NCBI GenBank assembly: GCA_963754315.1 | Contig: CAVWFS010000009.1 | Location: 1 to 64,000 of the forward strand | Reading direction: 5' to 3' | Source of the DNA: an uncultured Candidatus Rokubacteria bacterium | GTDB taxonomy: Bacteria; Methylomirabilota; Methylomirabilia; Rokubacteriales; CSP1-6 | DNA: 64,000 nucleotides | The notes under the pieces: model-generated | Seen by the model: only the letters and a program-made list of their open reading frames with translations | The model's database searches: none | What the model was told of the DNA's origin: nothing | Shown: piece after piece, positions 41,260 through 53,300 of the stretch | Position numbering within the stretch: position 1 is the stretch's first letter | Layout: the number at the start of each line of letters is the position of its first letter | Position numbers and translations under genes: made by a program

Positions 41260-42570
41260 TCACCTCTTTCCCCCGGCTCGCCGCCTACGCTGGGTTCCCG
41301 GGCCCCGGGTCCTTGGGCGCTGAGGGGTGTCATCATGCCGTTCGGGTCTGGGGACGCCTTGGTTTATCCAGTTCATGTACATGGTGAAATTTTCGAACAT
41401 GGGGCCGAAGATCCCTTCGAGGAATTGCTGAGATCGCGGCTGCGCCTCGGGTGTCAGGAACTTGGACGCGAAGCGAAAGGAGGAGAGCGATCGGACGAGA
41501 GCGTCGATATCGGTGGCATGGGTCGCCAGCCGTTCGGCCACCGGAAGGGCTGCCCGGTAGCCGGCGTCCTGCAGAGCCACCGCATTGGCGTGTGTCCACT
41601 TCAGGATGGTCGGCTCCTCCCCCTGCACGATGCTGACCGGCATCCCGAACAGGCGCGGCACCTTGACAGGAGCGGGATCCATCGGCTCGACGGCGGGGGG
41701 CGAATTTGCCGGCAGACCATTCACGAGGGCATCGGTTTTTGCATACACACCGTACACAAACTGCTGCAGGGCCACGATGGGATTCATCAGCATGAGCTGG
41801 AACGCGTCGTAGGCGTCGGTGGGCTTGCGCCAGAAACACCGCGTCAGGGGGTCCAGGGCCAGCACGCCTTGCAGATTGTTGCGCTCCTTGATCCAGATGG
41901 CCTGGAGCCCTGTCGGATCGCGGGTGGCCCCCGTGGTCAGCAAATCGTGGTCCGTCGCCACCGGCGGCAGAAGCATGAACATCGCTTGGGCACCGTTGTA
42001 GACGTCGGGGGTCACCTTCGTGTGATCGAAGATCCGCAGGCGGCGGCTAGCGAGGCTGAACGCATTCAGGTAGAACTTGGTCGTTGAGGTCTTCAGCGTG
42101 TCGAAGTCGACCAGATCCTGGACGAGGGGCGTGTGACTCATGAACGTCTCACGCACGAACTCGTGGCTGAAGGGCGTCCATGCCGTTGCCCACAGCTCCA
42201 TCCAATCGTTGAAGAGGCGCTTGAGCTCGGCCGGTTCGTCCGGGGGGATGGTGAATCGCGGAAGCGCCTTGCGGAGCCGGTAGAAGGCAGGCGCGAGGGA
42301 ACTGTATTTTTGGAAGACCTTGAAGTTGATGGGCACCAGCTTGTAGAGCCAATCGGAAACGAAGAGATTCGGCAGTTCCCGTAGGGCCTTTCTGCGGTCG
42401 CCGCCCCTAGGGGCCAAATACATCATGCCGATGAGACCGCCCACGCCCGTGGTGCTGATGACGTCGAACTCAACGTCGCGCTCGGCAAATGCGAGCATGG
42501 CCCCCGACATGAGAGTCATGGCAGGGGCAGTTCCACTGAGCACGATTCCGACACCGTTCGCCTTCGGCAT
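41260..42570 (-). CDS. divergent patatin-like protein 2
   Basis: GIVLSGTAP, FDVISTTGVGGLIG, PINFKVF, QDLVDFDTL, FYLNAF, LTTGA. Confidence 0.75.
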   Translation of the reverse strand: MPKANGVGIVLSGTAPAMTLMSGAMLAFAERDVEFDVISTTGVGGLIGMMYLAPRGGDRRKALRELPNLFVSDWLYKLVPINFKVFQKYSSLAPAFYRLRKALPRFTIPPDEPAELKRLFNDWMELWATAWTPFSHEFVRETFMSHTPLVQDLVDFDTLKTSTTKFYLNAFSLASRRLRIFDHTKVTPDVYNGAQAMFMLLPPVATDHDLLTTGATRDPTGLQAIWIKERNNLQGVLALDPLTRCFWRKPTDAYDAFQLMLMNPIVALQQFVYGVYAKTDALVNGLPANSPPAVEPMDPAPVKVPRLFGMPVSIVQGEEPTILKWTHANAVALQDAGYRAALPVAERLATHATDIDALVRSLSSFRFASKFLTPEAQPRSQQFLEGIFGPMFENFTMYMNWINQGVPRPERHDDTPQRPRTRGPGTQRRRRAGGKR

Positions 42571-42603
42571 AGGGCGCCCTCGGCTTTCTTTGGCCCGTGG
42601 TGG

Positions 42604-45600
42604 CTAGTCGAGACCCGTAGCCTCGTGCTGAGCCCGGGCCAGGTCCCGGGCCATGCCCATCGCTCGAAACATCCCGACCGCTTCCCCGATGAACTTCTTG
42701 GCTTCGTCGGGTCGGTGCCACTCCTTGAGCAGCCGGGCATAGACCTCGTAGCTCCGGGCCAGCTCCGGCCGGCACCCAAGCTCCTGCTGGATGCGGATGG
42801 CGTCGAGCAATGCACGCTCTGCGCGATCGACTTCGGCCGGCGCCAGCCGCGCCAGCGCCTCGGCCAAGGTCCGGTGGGCGAGGGCGTTGGCGAGCCGGTC
42901 GCGCGTATCCTCGGCGAGCCGGATGGCCTCCTCGCAGAGCATGGGCACTGATGCCGCTTCGCCGAGGGCGAGAAGGGCGGTGGCCAGCAAACCCTGGCCC
43001 CAGGCGAGCAGGGTGGTGGTGCCGAGCTGCTTGGCGAGGGCGATACTGCTCTCGAGCAGCTCTCGAGCCCGCCCGGGGTTCCCGACCGTGATGTAGGCTT
43101 GGCCCTCGTAAAACTGCAGCAGGTAGATGCGGAAGCGATCGCCTGCTCCCTCGGCCACGCGCCGCCCGGCCTCGCAGTCGGCGATGGCCTCGGGCCCCGC
43201 GCCCTGGTGACCATAGGCCACCGCCCGGTAGTTGTAGGCGGCGGCCTGCACGAAGGGATTGGCGAGCCCTTCGGCGAGCTGGAGACCGCGGTCGGCATAG
43301 GGCAGCGCTCGCTCGAAGTCGCCGAGCGCGGCCAGCGCGACGCCCGTGTAGCCGGCGGCGGTGGCTTCCTCGGTGATGTTTCCGAGGTTTCGCATCTGCT
43401 CGACGCTGCGGGCCAACAGCTCGCTGGCGCGGGCGTGCTCGCCCATGAGGTAGTAGCTTCGCCCCATGAGGTTAACGGGCGGCGCCGCCAGATCTTCGTC
43501 CCCCAGACGGTCGGCGATGGCCAGACTCTGCTCGGCGAAGCCAGTGGCCACCTGGAAGGCGCCGCGCACATAGGCCAGCCTCCCCAACCAGTAGAGCACG
43601 CGGGCCAGGCGCGGTTCGTCTTCCAGCGCCTGCGCCAGGGTCCGAGCTTGCTCGAGATTGTCGCGGTCTTGCTCGAGCGCTTCGCGCGTCGTGCCGACCT
43701 GGGCGCGCTTGATGCACGCGTCGATCTCGGCGCGCTGGCGCTCGGGGGAGGCGGTCTGGGAGCGCGTGAGGCCGAGGGCTTCATCGTAGTAGCTCGCGGC
43801 CTCGGCATTGGCGTAGAGGCGAGCGGCCCGGTCCCCGGCCAGAAGGGCATATTTGATCGCGTGGTCCAGGTGGTCACTGCGTGAATAGTGGTGGGCGAGC
43901 ACGACCGCCTGCTCCTCGAGCTTGTCGCCGGCGAGCTCTTCGATGCTCTGGCCCACCAGGCCGTGCAGCGCCTGGCGCCGCGGCGCCAGCAGACTCTTGT
44001 AGATGACGTCCTGGATGACCGCGTGCTTGAACCGGTATTCCAGTTGAGGAAAGAAGCGCGACTCATGAATGACGTCCAGGCGCTTGAGCGCTTCCAGATG
44101 ACCGGGGATCTCGGCAGGCCGGTTCGACACCCGGGCGAGCAGACGGAACTCGAATTCGCGCCCGATGACGGCGGCCATCCGCAGCGTGTCCCTCACGGGA
44201 TCTTCCAGGCGGTCGACCCGCGCCCGGATGATGTCCTGGATGGTGGCGGGCCACTCGAGGGCGACTTCGTTGATCAGCCGGAGGTGCCCGTTTTCGCGGA
44301 CGAGGAGACTGCGTTCGAGGAGGGCCTGGGTGAGCTCCTCGATGAAGAGCGGGTTGCCGTCGGCCTTGTCGCGGACGAACTGCAGGAACTCCGCGGGAAC
44401 CTCGTGGGCACCGAGCAGCGCGGTGAGCATGTCTTCGATCTCGGGTTGGGCCAGCCCGTCGAGCGAAATCTGCGTGTAATGCGGATTGTCCGCCCATCGC
44501 ACCGTGTATCCGATTCGGTGGGTGGTCAGAATGAGGACAGACAGACCGGCCAGGCTGCCCGCCAGAAAGGCGAGGAGGTCTTCCGAGCTCTGATCGATCC
44601 AGTGCAGGTTCTCGCAGATGAGCACCTGGGGTCGATGGCGGCTAGCCGCCGCGATAACGGCGCGGATGGCCTCTAACGTTTGCTGGCGACGGTGCTGCCG
44701 ATCGAGATGACGCAGGGCTTCGTCGGCCCCCGGGATGGCAAACAGCGCCTCCAGGAACGGCAGGAGCGGTGCGAGGCTCGTGTCGAGGCGCTGAACGGTC
44801 TGGCGCAGCTTTTCCTGGATCTGGAGCGGATTGTCACCTTCCTCGATGTGAAAGCGCGTGCGCAGGATTTCCAGGATCGGTCCGTAGGGCATCGTGCGCC
44901 CGTATGCGACGCAGTGACCCTCGAGCCACTCGACCTGCTCGTCGCCGATTGACGCGTGGAGCTCGTACAAGATGCGGGACTTGCCGACCCCCGGCTCGCC
45001 GACCACGCCGACGACCTGTCCATGACTGGCTTCGACTCGGTGCAGACAATCGTGCAGGAGAGCCAGCTCACGACGACGGCCGGCCAGCTCGGTGAGGCCG
45101 CGGGCCGCGCTCATCTCGAGCCGATTCCGCACCCGGCGACGGTCGGTGACCCGATAGACGGCGACGGGTTCGCGCTGGCCTCTGACTTCGACCCGACCGA
45201 GCGACTCGCACAGGACGTACCCTTCGACGAACCGATGGGTGGCCTCGGCCATCAGGATCGCGCCTGGCTCGGCGTGACTCTGCATGCGAGCCGCGATATG
45301 GGTGGTGTTCCCCACCGCCGTGTAGTCCATCCGGAGGTCGTCGCCAATGCGGCCCACGACCACGGGGCCGGTGTTGATCCCGATGCGCAGGCGGAGCTCC
45401 ACGCCGTGCTCGCGCTGAAACTGGGCGCTAAAGCCACGGATGGTCTCCTGGATGGCGAGGGCCGCCTGCACTGCACGCAGTGGATGATCTTCCAGCGCGA
45501 TCGGTGCTCCAAAGAGGGCCATCAACCCGTCGCCCAGGTACTGGTTGACGATACCCTCGTAGCGATGCACGGCCTCGGCCACAAGGTGCAGAATCTCGCC

Positions 45601-46053
45601 CATCAGCTGGTGGAGACGTTCCGGGTCTGTCCGCTGGGCGACGGCCGAGGAGTCGGCGATGTCGGCGAAGAGAACCGTCACCAGCTTGCGCTCCCCCTCG
45701 AGGGCGCTGCGCGAGGTGAGAATCCTCTCGACGAGATAGGCTGGTGTGTAGGCGTGGCGAGCGGTTACGGGGCCGCCCGCGGCCGGGGCCACCTCGGTTG
45801 TCCGCGGGCGGTCGGCGGCCGGGGCGCCCGAATCAGCTGCGCGCGCCGGCGCGGCATCCTTCGTGGCGAGAGCCGAGCCGCAGTTGCTGCAGAACCTGGC
45901 CGCCCCGCTGTTGGCGGCGCCGCAGGCAGCGCAGGCCACGGCGCGGGGGGCCCCGCACTGATCGCAAAACTTGGCGGCAGCGCCATAGGTGTGACCGCAG
46001 CGGGGACACTGCAGGCTGCCTTCCTCGTCCCGGCTGGCCATATGGTCATCCAT
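42604..46053 (-). CDS. zinc-ribbon + class III nucleotide cyclase + AAA (STAND-like) ATPase + TPR protein 1
   Basis: CPRC/CDQC/CAAC/CSNC; VLFADI, YLGDG, RIGINTG, AARMQ; GEPGVGKS; GNPLFIEE, YRFKHA; TPR tail. Confidence 0.92.
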   Translation of the reverse strand: MDDHMASRDEEGSLQCPRCGHTYGAAAKFCDQCGAPRAVACAACGAANSGAARFCSNCGSALATKDAAPARAADSGAPAADRPRTTEVAPAAGGPVTARHAYTPAYLVERILTSRSALEGERKLVTVLFADIADSSAVAQRTDPERLHQLMGEILHLVAEAVHRYEGIVNQYLGDGLMALFGAPIALEDHPLRAVQAALAIQETIRGFSAQFQREHGVELRLRIGINTGPVVVGRIGDDLRMDYTAVGNTTHIAARMQSHAEPGAILMAEATHRFVEGYVLCESLGRVEVRGQREPVAVYRVTDRRRVRNRLEMSAARGLTELAGRRRELALLHDCLHRVEASHGQVVGVVGEPGVGKSRILYELHASIGDEQVEWLEGHCVAYGRTMPYGPILEILRTRFHIEEGDNPLQIQEKLRQTVQRLDTSLAPLLPFLEALFAIPGADEALRHLDRQHRRQQTLEAIRAVIAAASRHRPQVLICENLHWIDQSSEDLLAFLAGSLAGLSVLILTTHRIGYTVRWADNPHYTQISLDGLAQPEIEDMLTALLGAHEVPAEFLQFVRDKADGNPLFIEELTQALLERSLLVRENGHLRLINEVALEWPATIQDIIRARVDRLEDPVRDTLRMAAVIGREFEFRLLARVSNRPAEIPGHLEALKRLDVIHESRFFPQLEYRFKHAVIQDVIYKSLLAPRRQALHGLVGQSIEELAGDKLEEQAVVLAHHYSRSDHLDHAIKYALLAGDRAARLYANAEAASYYDEALGLTRSQTASPERQRAEIDACIKRAQVGTTREALEQDRDNLEQARTLAQALEDEPRLARVLYWLGRLAYVRGAFQVATGFAEQSLAIADRLGDEDLAAPPVNLMGRSYYLMGEHARASELLARSVEQMRNLGNITEEATAAGYTGVALAALGDFERALPYADRGLQLAEGLANPFVQAAAYNYRAVAYGHQGAGPEAIADCEAGRRVAEGAGDRFRIYLLQFYEGQAYITVGNPGRARELLESSIALAKQLGTTTLLAWGQGLLATALLALGEAASVPMLCEEAIRLAEDTRDRLANALAHRTLAEALARLAPAEVDRAERALLDAIRIQQELGCRPELARSYEVYARLLKEWHRPDEAKKFIGEAVGMFRAMGMARDLARAQHEATGLD
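43685..45760. repeat. ~2.1 kb paralogous segment, copy 1 (copy 2 at ~55090-57165)
   Basis: Cyclase-AAA cores nearly identical in protein and visibly similar in DNA from HAYTP to AQVGTTR. Confidence 0.85.
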
Positions 46054-46149
46054 GGAGGGGCGTGCTGGGCCTGACTCTAGGTGCTGCCCCAGGCAGTGTC
46101 AAGGCCGTCGGTCGCCGCGTTCAGGGAGGCAGGGCGGGGGCCACTCCGA

Positions 46150-47350
46150 TCACAGCACGTCACGGTGATTCTGGAAGAACTTCTCTCCCTCTGCACAGCC
46201 GATGTCGAACATCGTCGACATATTGGAGTAGCTCCAGTCGAGGATGTGTGTTGCTTGCTGGTCCGAGATCTCGAATTCGATCTTGAGAAACCTGAAGTTG
46301 AATTCGGATGTCTTGTAGTACCCGTCATGCACGTCTTTCTCGAACCGCGCGAGCTCCTTCTTGGCGTGGGCAACCACGGGCAGGATGATCGATAGCCCGA
46401 ACGCATCCCACAGGTTGCGCGGCTCGCGGAGCAGGAACCGTTCGAGTTTCGACACGATATCGATGAGGACTACGGTCTTGACGTCCTTGCTGACCGTCTC
46501 CAGGAATCTTCCGAAGCTGATTGGCTCCCAGTTCGCGCCTTCGAAATATTGCCGGTCTCCAATCTTTACCGGCGTGTAGATGAACGGATAGGCGAAGGCG
46601 GCCCGAACATGGTCGGGTCTGATGTCGCCCCGGCTGAAGACTTGCAGGGCCGTTCCGGTTCCGGATTGCCCCCGCGCAGCGTCCTTCGAGGCTTTGGCGA
46701 TGTCTGCGGCACTCGTGAAATTGAGGAAGAAGTCTCTGCCCTTGTTCGCCGAGCTGCTTGAAGTCGACAAGGTCCTCGATGAAGGGAAGCGGATCGCACA
46801 CGCCCTTGCTCCAGTAGGTGAGGGTGGTGGGCGTGATCGCTGCCGCCCACAGGTCGACGAGGTCATTGTAGAGGCGCCTGATGCCGCCGTCGCCGACGCT
46901 CATCCACGTCTGTCCGGCCTTGACCCAGTGGTTGTACCACTCCCCGAGCGGAGAGGTGGGACCGGGTATTGGCCGGAACGGAAACTCGCCGAGCTTGAAG
47001 AGCCTGGCCATCCGCTGAATGGGCTGGGTAAACGGGCCCGGCTTGAAGAAGGCTTTGAAGTTGATCGGCAGAAGGCTGTAGATCGGGTCCGAGACCCCTA
47101 ACTCCACGATACTCCGCAGCGCTGTCAGGGGATCGCCGCCCTTGGGAGCGGCCAGGAGCAGCCCGATCAGCGCTCCGGCGCCCGAGGTGTAGATCACATC
47201 GAAAATCTGGCCGTCCTCTCCTACTTTCCCGTCCCGTTTGAGGCCATCGTAAAGGGCCCATAGAGCTCCGGCCATCAAGGGTGAGTGGGGCGCCCCGGCG
47301 CTCAGCATCAGAGCCGTTTTGGGACGGTCTCCTGGAGCAGCCTGACTCAT
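46150..47350 (-). CDS. patatin-like protein 1 (Ser retained), frameshift near 46750
   Basis: ATGA overlap with PKS-A; LMLSAGAP, FDVIYTSGAGALIG, PINFKAFFKPG, AAFAYPFIY, YFEGA. Confidence 0.78.
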
Positions 47351-50300
47351 GTTCCCCTCCCTGCCCGCGCGAGCGTGTTGGACAAGCTCGCGTTGATGGT
47401 GTCGAGAATGAACGGACGGTCGTCCACGATGAGGAAGTGGGCCGTGTTCCGGATCCAGGCCTGGAAGCTCACCCGGGTGTAGTGTCCCCACTGCACGGCG
47501 TCCTCCTGGGTCACGTAAGGGTCGCCATGACCCACGAAGCAGGTGAGAGGGACATCCCACGCCGGGGTTGCCGTGAACCGGTAGCTGGCGGCCATGGCGA
47601 AGTCGGCCCGCACGGCCGGCAACAAGAGGGCACGAAGCTCGGGATTTCCTAAGAATCCGTCGGTGGCGTCGATGTCGAAGTGGCGGATGATATCGGCGAA
47701 CACAGGGTCGGGCTGCTCGTGACCGGGGCGGAACGGGTCAAACTGCGGGTGCCGGACGAGTGTGGTCAGCAGGTCCCGCTCGAACGGTCCCTCGCGCTGA
47801 AGCAAATGAGGAGGCCGCGCACCCGAGACAAACACGTGCTCGAGGCGCAGAGGGCCCCGCGCCAGGAGCGCCCGCGCTGTCTCGAACAGGAGAAGGGCGC
47901 CCAGGCAGTGCCCGAAGAATGCGAAGGGCTTGTCGAGGTACGGGGACATGGCGGGGATCAGTCGCCCCACGAATACGTCCAGCGATTCGATGAGCGGCTC
48001 GCCCGCGCGGCCACCGCGCCCTGGGGGCTCGATGGCGACGAGCTCGATCGTGGCATCGAGCGCGTCGGCCCACGGGCGGAACGTGCCTGCGCCTCCTCCC
48101 GCGTAGTGAAAGCAAAAGAGCCTCCGCCTGGCCGACGGATTCGGCCGAGGAAACACGAGCCACCCGCCGGCCTCGACCAGGCTCACCGCGCCAGCTCGTG
48201 ACCCATTGTGGCCAACCGAGGTCGGCATGGGAGCCGGAGGATCCTCGGTTGGGCGAGGGAGGCGCACGAGCAGCTCATCGACGAGCTCGACCACGCTCGG
48301 TCCCCGCATCAAGGTCGCCACCGCCACCGCCATTCCAAGCCCCTGTTCCAGGCGATTGGCGACGTTCACGGACATGAGCGAATCGAGCCCGAGCTCGTTC
48401 AGCGGTTGCTGGGGGTCGATGTCCTCGGTGAAGCCAAGCTCGTCCGCCACCTGGGCCTGGACGAACTCGAGCAGGAGCGCGCGGTGCTCGCTCGCCGGGG
48501 CTGTCCGCAAGCGGGCCTGCACGTCTCCCTCGGGGACCGCGCGCTTGGCACGGTGAGCCGCTCCCACTTCGCGGGCCAGCTCTGCATAGAGCGGCGGGGG
48601 CTCGGAGAACTGCTTCAGATACATCGCCCAGTCTGTGATCGTCACCGCGACCTGATCGAGACCCTGACTGATCACATGCTCGAGCACGCGGAGGCCGTCG
48701 TCCGGAGGGATAGGGCGGGTCCCACGCGCGCGCCAGATGGCGGCCCCGCGAGAGCCGGTGGCGGCCGCCATGCCCTCGTCGGCCCACGGGCCCCAGTTCA
48801 CGACGGTCGCCGGCAGACCCAGACCACGTCGATACGCGCCCAAGGTGTCGAGGAAGGCGTTGCCGGCCGTGTAGTTCGCCTGGGCGGCGGAGCCGGTTAG
48901 GCTGAGCAGCGACGAATTGAGGATGAAGAAATCCAGCTGCAGGTCACGCGTGTAGTGGTGCAGGAACCAGCTTCCTCGGATCTTCGGGGCCACGACCCGG
49001 GCAAACTTGCTCCACTCCAGCTGGCCCACGATCCCGTCGTCGAGGACGCCGGCGCCGTGGATGACTCCCCTCAGCGGTAAGCCCTGCCGACACACCTCAC
49101 CCAGCAGCCGCCGAACGTCAGCCTCGACACTCACGTCGGCGGTCATCACACGAACGTCCACTCCACGCGTGCGCAAGCTTTCCACGGCGTTGCGAGCCCG
49201 GCCCTCGGCCGCGTGTCGGCTTACCAGCACGAGGGACCGTACGTCGTGTCTCTCGACCAGCCACTGCGCGACTCTCAGTCCGAGCATGCCGAGACCGCCG
49301 GTGATCAAGTAGGTCGAATCGCGTCGAAACCGCACGGATGCGCGCGCCGCTTTTCGCTGATGCCGCCGCAGACGCGCGACAAAGCGCGTGCCGTTTCGCA
49401 GGCACACCTCGCCCTCGCCATCCCCCCGAAACAGTTCACTGACCAGGGCCTCGGCGTCCTCGCGCGGGCTCGGGAGGTGGGTGGGTGGCAGATCGATCAC
49501 GCCTCCCCACATCGAAGGGTACTCGAGGGCGACCGTACGCCCGAGTCCCCACAGGGACGCGTGCGCTGGTTCGGGCGGAACCGATGAGCTGGCCGTCGGT
49601 TGAGCGTTCCGCGTGACAAACCAGAGCCGGGGAGCGAAGGTACTGGCGCTCTTCACCGCAGCGAGAGCTTGCGCGAGGAACAGGGGAGCCGCGCATCCGA
49701 GCTCCTCGGCCTGTACCAGGCTGTCCGGGAACATCTCCGCCGAGGACGGGATATCGAGGCCCCAGAGGTAGAGCACTCTCCGGTAGGGCAGGCCTTCCCA
49801 GGCCGACACCTCTTGCAGCAGGCGCCGGAATTCCTCCGGCCGCATCGGATCGATCGCAGACCGTGCCGGACCCATGTCCATGGTCTTGGCATAGACGAGG
49901 TGACACCAGTCACCACGCGATTCCAGCTGTTCCGCGAGCGCCGCCCCCACGCCGCCACGGTCGGCGAAGATCAGCCAGCTGGCGAGGGCGCTGCGGCGCG
50001 CGGGCGAGGCGGGCCGCTCTTCCCAGGAAAGCTCGTAGAGCCACTCGGTAAGGGCCGCATCGTCGTCGATGGCAGCCACCGCTTCTCGAGGCAGGCGACG
50101 CAGTGATAGTCCGGCTAAGGTGGCCACGATCTCCGAATCTGTGCCGTAGACATTGATGTCGACGACGAGCGGTTGATGGGGCGCGCGATGGTTCCGGACC
50201 GTGGCGTGCGCCCAGCCCTCCGTCACGCCCTCTCGGTAGACGCGAAATCGCTCGACACCGACGGGAAGATAGGTGCCCTCAGATGCCGGAGCCCCCTCAC

Positions 50301-53300
50301 CGTACTCACCGAGAGCGGCGGGGTACAGGTGGAGGCACGCGTCCAGGAAGGCGGGGTGCAGGCCATAGGGGCCGGGTGACGACGCCTCGGCGGGCAGGCG
50401 GATTCTGGCCACGGCCGCCGCCTGGCCTTGCCAGAGCCGCTGGATCCCGCGAAAGGACGCACCGTACTGTAGTCCCAGCTCTGCGACGGCGCGATAGTAG
50501 CCTTCGGAAGGAATCTCGCGGTGACACTGAGCGAGGGTCCCCTCCGCGTCGAACGGGGTGGTCGGTCGCGCGGCCGCATTCTCCCCGCACACGATGCCAC
50601 TCAGGTAGGTCTGCCACTCGCCGTCTTCCTTCGCGCCGCGGCTGAGAAGTTCGAACGTGGCCCGCCGCTCGCCCGCCGGCGTCATGACCACGCGAACGGA
50701 TCTGGCACCGTCGTCAGGCAGGATCAGGGCCTGGTGATACGTGAGGTCCTCGAGCTGGGCAGAACCGCCGCCGAAGTATCCGCGCCCCGCCGCGAGGGCC
50801 GCCTCCAGCACGGCCGCGGTCGGGAGCACACGCTGGCCGTGAATGCGATGATCGCGCAAGTACGGAAGCTGCTCCTCCCCGTAGAGCGCCTCGAACCGGA
50901 TCTCCGACGACCCCGATCCGGTGGGCGCCCCGAGCAGCGGGTGTGCGCGGGGCGCCCGCGTCTGTCCGTCGACTCTCTCCCTGCTTGCGCCGTCGAGCCA
51001 GTAGCGCTTCCGCTGGAAGGGATAGGTCGGCAAGGTCACGCGGCGCCGGCTCACCCCTTCGTGAACACGCGTCCAGCGGATGGGAACGCCGTCGAGGTAC
51101 AGCGTCTTCAGGCCCTCCAGCATCGTCTCCCACTCGGGCTTTTGCTTGTTGAGCGAGGACACCCACGAGATCTCCGTGGCGGGCAGGCACTGGCGGCCCA
51201 TGGCGAGCAGTCCGCTTCCGGGCCCGACCTCCAGGAAGACGTCGAAGCCCTGCGCGTGCAGGGTGCGCAGCCCGTCGGCAAATCGCACCGCGCCCCGAGC
51301 GTGATGTCGCCAGTATTCGGGGGTCGGGGCTCCAGCGACCGCCACCCCCGTGAGATTCGAGATGAGGGGAATTGCGGGCTCACGGTGGGGAATGGCGCGG
51401 GCGGCCGCCTCCAACCGATCGAGGATGGGATCCATCAGGGGCGAGTGAAAGGCATGGGAGACGGTCAGAGTCGCCGTCGAGATGTTCCGTGCCCTGAGCG
51501 CGGCCACCGCCTCCGCGAGGGCGCCGCGCTCCCCGGAGATGACGGTGTTCCCGGGACCGTTGATGGCCGCGATCGAGATCCGAGTGGCATGGGCGCCGAC
51601 GACGTCGCCAACCACGGTCTCGGACGCGAACACGACGACCATCGAGCCGCACCTCGGAAGGCTCTGCATCAACCGAGCGCGCTCCACCACCAGGCGGAGC
51701 CCCTCGTCGAGGCCGAACACGCCGGCCACGCAGGCCGCCACGAGCTCGCCCACGCTGTGCCCCATCACCGCGCCCGGCACGATCCCCCAGGCTTGCCAGA
51801 CCTGAGCGAGGGCGTACTCGAGGGCGAACAGCGCCGGCTGGGTGTAGGCCGTCTCGTGCAGGAGCGCAGCGGTGTCGTCGCTCCGGGGGAAAAGCACTTC
51901 CAGGAGCGGTCGATCCAGGTACGGCCGGACGATCGCCGCACATTCGTCGAGACTTCGTTGGAACTGCGGGAGTGTCCGGTACAGCTCGGCGCTCATCCCG
52001 GGGTACTGCGAGCCCTGGCCGCTGAACAGGAAGGCTACCGCTGGCTTCTTACCCGCTCGCCGCACATCCACGGGTCGGTGAGCGCTCGGTCCTGACGCCG
52101 AGAGTTGCGCGACGAGGTCCTGCGTGGAGCCAGCCACCACGGCGAGGCGGTGGGGAAAGTAACTGCGGCTGACGTTGGTCGTGTAGCAGAGATCGGCCAG
52201 GGACGCGGGAGGCGTTGCCTCGAGGAACGTTCGGAAGCGATCCACGTAGGCGGTCAGCGCGGGCCCGCTCTTCGCCGAGAGCGTGAACATCTGAAGGGGG
52301 AGCGAGTCGGGCTCCGGGCTCGCGACGGACGGTGGTTCCTCCAGGACCGCGAAGGCGTTGGTTCCTCCGATCCCGAGCGAGTTGACGGCGGCCCGCCGCG
52401 GCCCCTCCGACGTCGGCCAGGGGCTGAGCGCGGTGTTGACGTAGAACGGACCGTGATCGAAGTCGATCTTGGGGTTCGGCACCGCGAAGTGAAGGCTCGG
52501 AGGGATCAGGCCGTGCTGAAGGACGAGTGCGCTCTTGATCAGTCCGGCCATTCCGGCCGCTTGCTCCGGGTGCCCGATGTTGGTCTTGACAGAGCCGAGG
52601 GCACAGAAGCGCGGTGAGAACGTCCGCAGGGCAAAGGCTTGACTGAGAGCCTGGATCTCCAGGGGATCGCCGACGGCGGTCCCGGTGGCGTGGCACTCGA
52701 TATACCGGATCGACTCGGGGGAAACGCCGGCCACGCGGAGGGCCTCGACCATCGCCCCCACCTGTCCCGTCACCGAGGGGGCGCTGTAGCTGGCCTTCAT
52801 TCCCCCGTCGTTGTTGATCGCCGTTCCCCTGATGACCGCGTACACGTGATCGCCATCGGCAAGGGCGCGCGCCAGGTCCTTGAGGAGCACGGCCCCCACC
52901 CCGCTACCGAAGACGGTGCCTTGTCCGGCGGCATCGAAGGCGCGGCAGTGGCCGTCCGTCGAGTAGACGTTCCCTTTTTCGGCCAGGTAGCCACACACCT
53001 GAGGAATGCGGACGGTCACCCCGCCCGCGAGCACCATGTCGCTCTCGCCCGCGAGCAGACTTTGACACGCGAGGTGTACCGCCACCAACGACGTCGAGCA
53101 CGCCGTCTGCACCGTGACGCTGGGGCCCGTGAGGTTCAGCTTGTACGAGACGCGTGTACTCAGGAAGTCCTTGTCGTTTCCGAGGTGCGGGAGCCCCGCC
53201 GTCTGACCGGGAAACCCCGGCGAGGCCTGCTGGGCCATCAGGTAGCTGGTCACCACGCCGCCGCCACCCGCGAACACGCCGATGGGGCCGTCGTATGCGT

